DNA from: Gemmatimonadaceae bacterium
Lineage (GTDB): Bacteria; Gemmatimonadota; Gemmatimonadetes; Gemmatimonadales; Gemmatimonadaceae
Direction: 5' to 3'
Assembly (NCBI GenBank): GCA_052389995.1
Contig: JBQTHJ010000040.1
Location: forward strand, 9,491-73,490
DNA length: 64,000 nt
In this document: positions 63,599-64,000 of the stretch, piece after piece
Numbering within the stretch: the first letter of the stretch is position 1
Layout: the number at the start of each line of letters is the position of its first letter
The notes under the pieces: generated by a model
Told to the model about the DNA's origin: nothing
What the model saw: only the letters and a program-made list of their open reading frames with translations
Database searches by the model: none
Translations under genes and position numbers: made by a program

Positions 63599-63778
63599 AT
63601 GAAGCGCCTGGCCCTCGTTGCCGCTGTGGTCGTGATCGCCGCCTGTAAGGCCAACGAGGCGGACACCGCCGACACCACCACGCAGGTGGCTCCGGCTCCC
63701 GCTCCGGCCGACACGATGATGCGCGACACGTCGATGCGCGACACTTCCATGCGCGACACGACGACGCCACGGCCCTGA
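63599..63778 (+). CDS. 59-aa lipoprotein with tandem MRDTS repeats
   Basis: AAGGAG lies 7 nt before the ATG. Lipobox VVIAAC. C-terminus MRDTS MRDTS MRDTT, encoded by three 15-nt tandem repeats. It is below the 60-aa track cutoff. Confidence 0.6.
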   Translation: MKRLALVAAVVVIAACKANEADTADTTTQVAPAPAPADTMMRDTSMRDTSMRDTTTPRP

Positions 63779-63798
63779 CCGCACGCGGCTCCGACGAC

Positions 63799-63827
63799 AA
63801 GGGCGCGACTCGAGTGGTCGCGCCCTT
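63799..63827. terminator. Hairpin between convergent genes
   Basis: AAGGGCGCGAC tcgagtg GTCGCGCCCTT is a perfect 11-bp stem. No strong T-run. Confidence 0.45.
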
Positions 63828-63842
63828 CGCGCATCAGGGGGG

Positions 63843-64000
63843 TCACGCGATCGCCTCGCCGAGCGCGGAGCGCAGCTGGGCGACCCGTGCGTCGAAGATG
63901 GCGGCGAAGAGGACGGGCTGGGCCCCGCTGACCTCGACGTCGTCCTCCAGCTCCACCCACGACACACATCCGGTGTAGCGGCGCAGCTCTGGGCGCTCTG
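63843..64000 (-). CDS. 3' end of an unidentified gene (continues beyond window)
   Basis: The minus-strand frame reads ...ERPELRRYTGCVSWVELEDDVEVSGAQPVLFAAIFDARVAQLRSALGEAIA* with GC3-rich codons. No start lies inside the window. Confidence 0.4.
   Translation of the reverse strand, partial: ERPELRRYTGCVSWVELEDDVEVSGAQPVLFAAIFDARVAQLRSALGEAIA

Noticed and set aside
63716-63760. Tandem 15-nt repeats, and the heptad and decamer arrays elsewhere, considered as a possible CRISPR or VNTR locus.
   Set aside because: The units are far too short, are contiguous without spacers, and (here) lie in frame inside a small ORF. No cas genes are present in the window.

Overview
This is a GC-rich (about two-thirds G+C by eye), densely coding 64-kb bacterial chromosomal segment. 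Its gene content (ECF sigma/HEAT-repeat operons, DUF5916 outer-membrane protein, many Tat or signal-peptide proteins) looks Gemmatimonadota/Acidobacteriota-like; that is inference only. I found no rRNA, tRNA, CRISPR array, transposase or integrase.

Layout:
- 1-6.9 kb: exopolysaccharide module (GT2, sugar transferase, Wza-like, Wzc-like) with a degenerate-GGDEF response regulator.
- 7.1-9.8 kb: sigma54 activator plus histidine kinase.
- 9.8-26.5 kb: mixed housekeeping and accessory genes (M23 peptidase, NYN RNase, class-V aminotransferase, FtsH, vWA, MFS, FAD oxidoreductase, OmpR/HK pair, DUF5916).
- 26.5-27.5 kb: RES-Xre toxin-antitoxin pair.
- 32.4-39.7 kb: a tightly coupled six-gene minus-strand operon: patatin, cytoplasmic S8 subtilase, ComEC-type MBL hydrolase, 102-aa orphan, signal-peptide OMPLA-like phospholipase, SIR2 fused to a pYEATS-like domain. 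This is the most interesting locus and a candidate undescribed conflict/defence system.
- 39.9-47 kb: pirin, ABC-2 exporter, DHFR-like, ATP-dependent DNA ligase, ABM, Fe-ADH.
- 47.7-52.5 kb: ECF sigma / anti-sigma / three HEAT-repeat paralogues.
- 53-64 kb: small accessory enzymes, ChlI-like ATPase, a GxxExxY cassette, a molybdopterin oxidoreductase and a MurE-like ligase.

Non-genic structure:
- A roughly 200-bp MITE-like element with about 47-bp terminal inverted repeats, in at least four full or partial copies.
- A 140-bp palindrome built from heptad arrays.
- Inverted triple-decamer arrays bracketing the GxxExxY gene.
- Several frameshifted or truncated accessory genes.

All domain calls come from motif recognition by eye. 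No searches were run.
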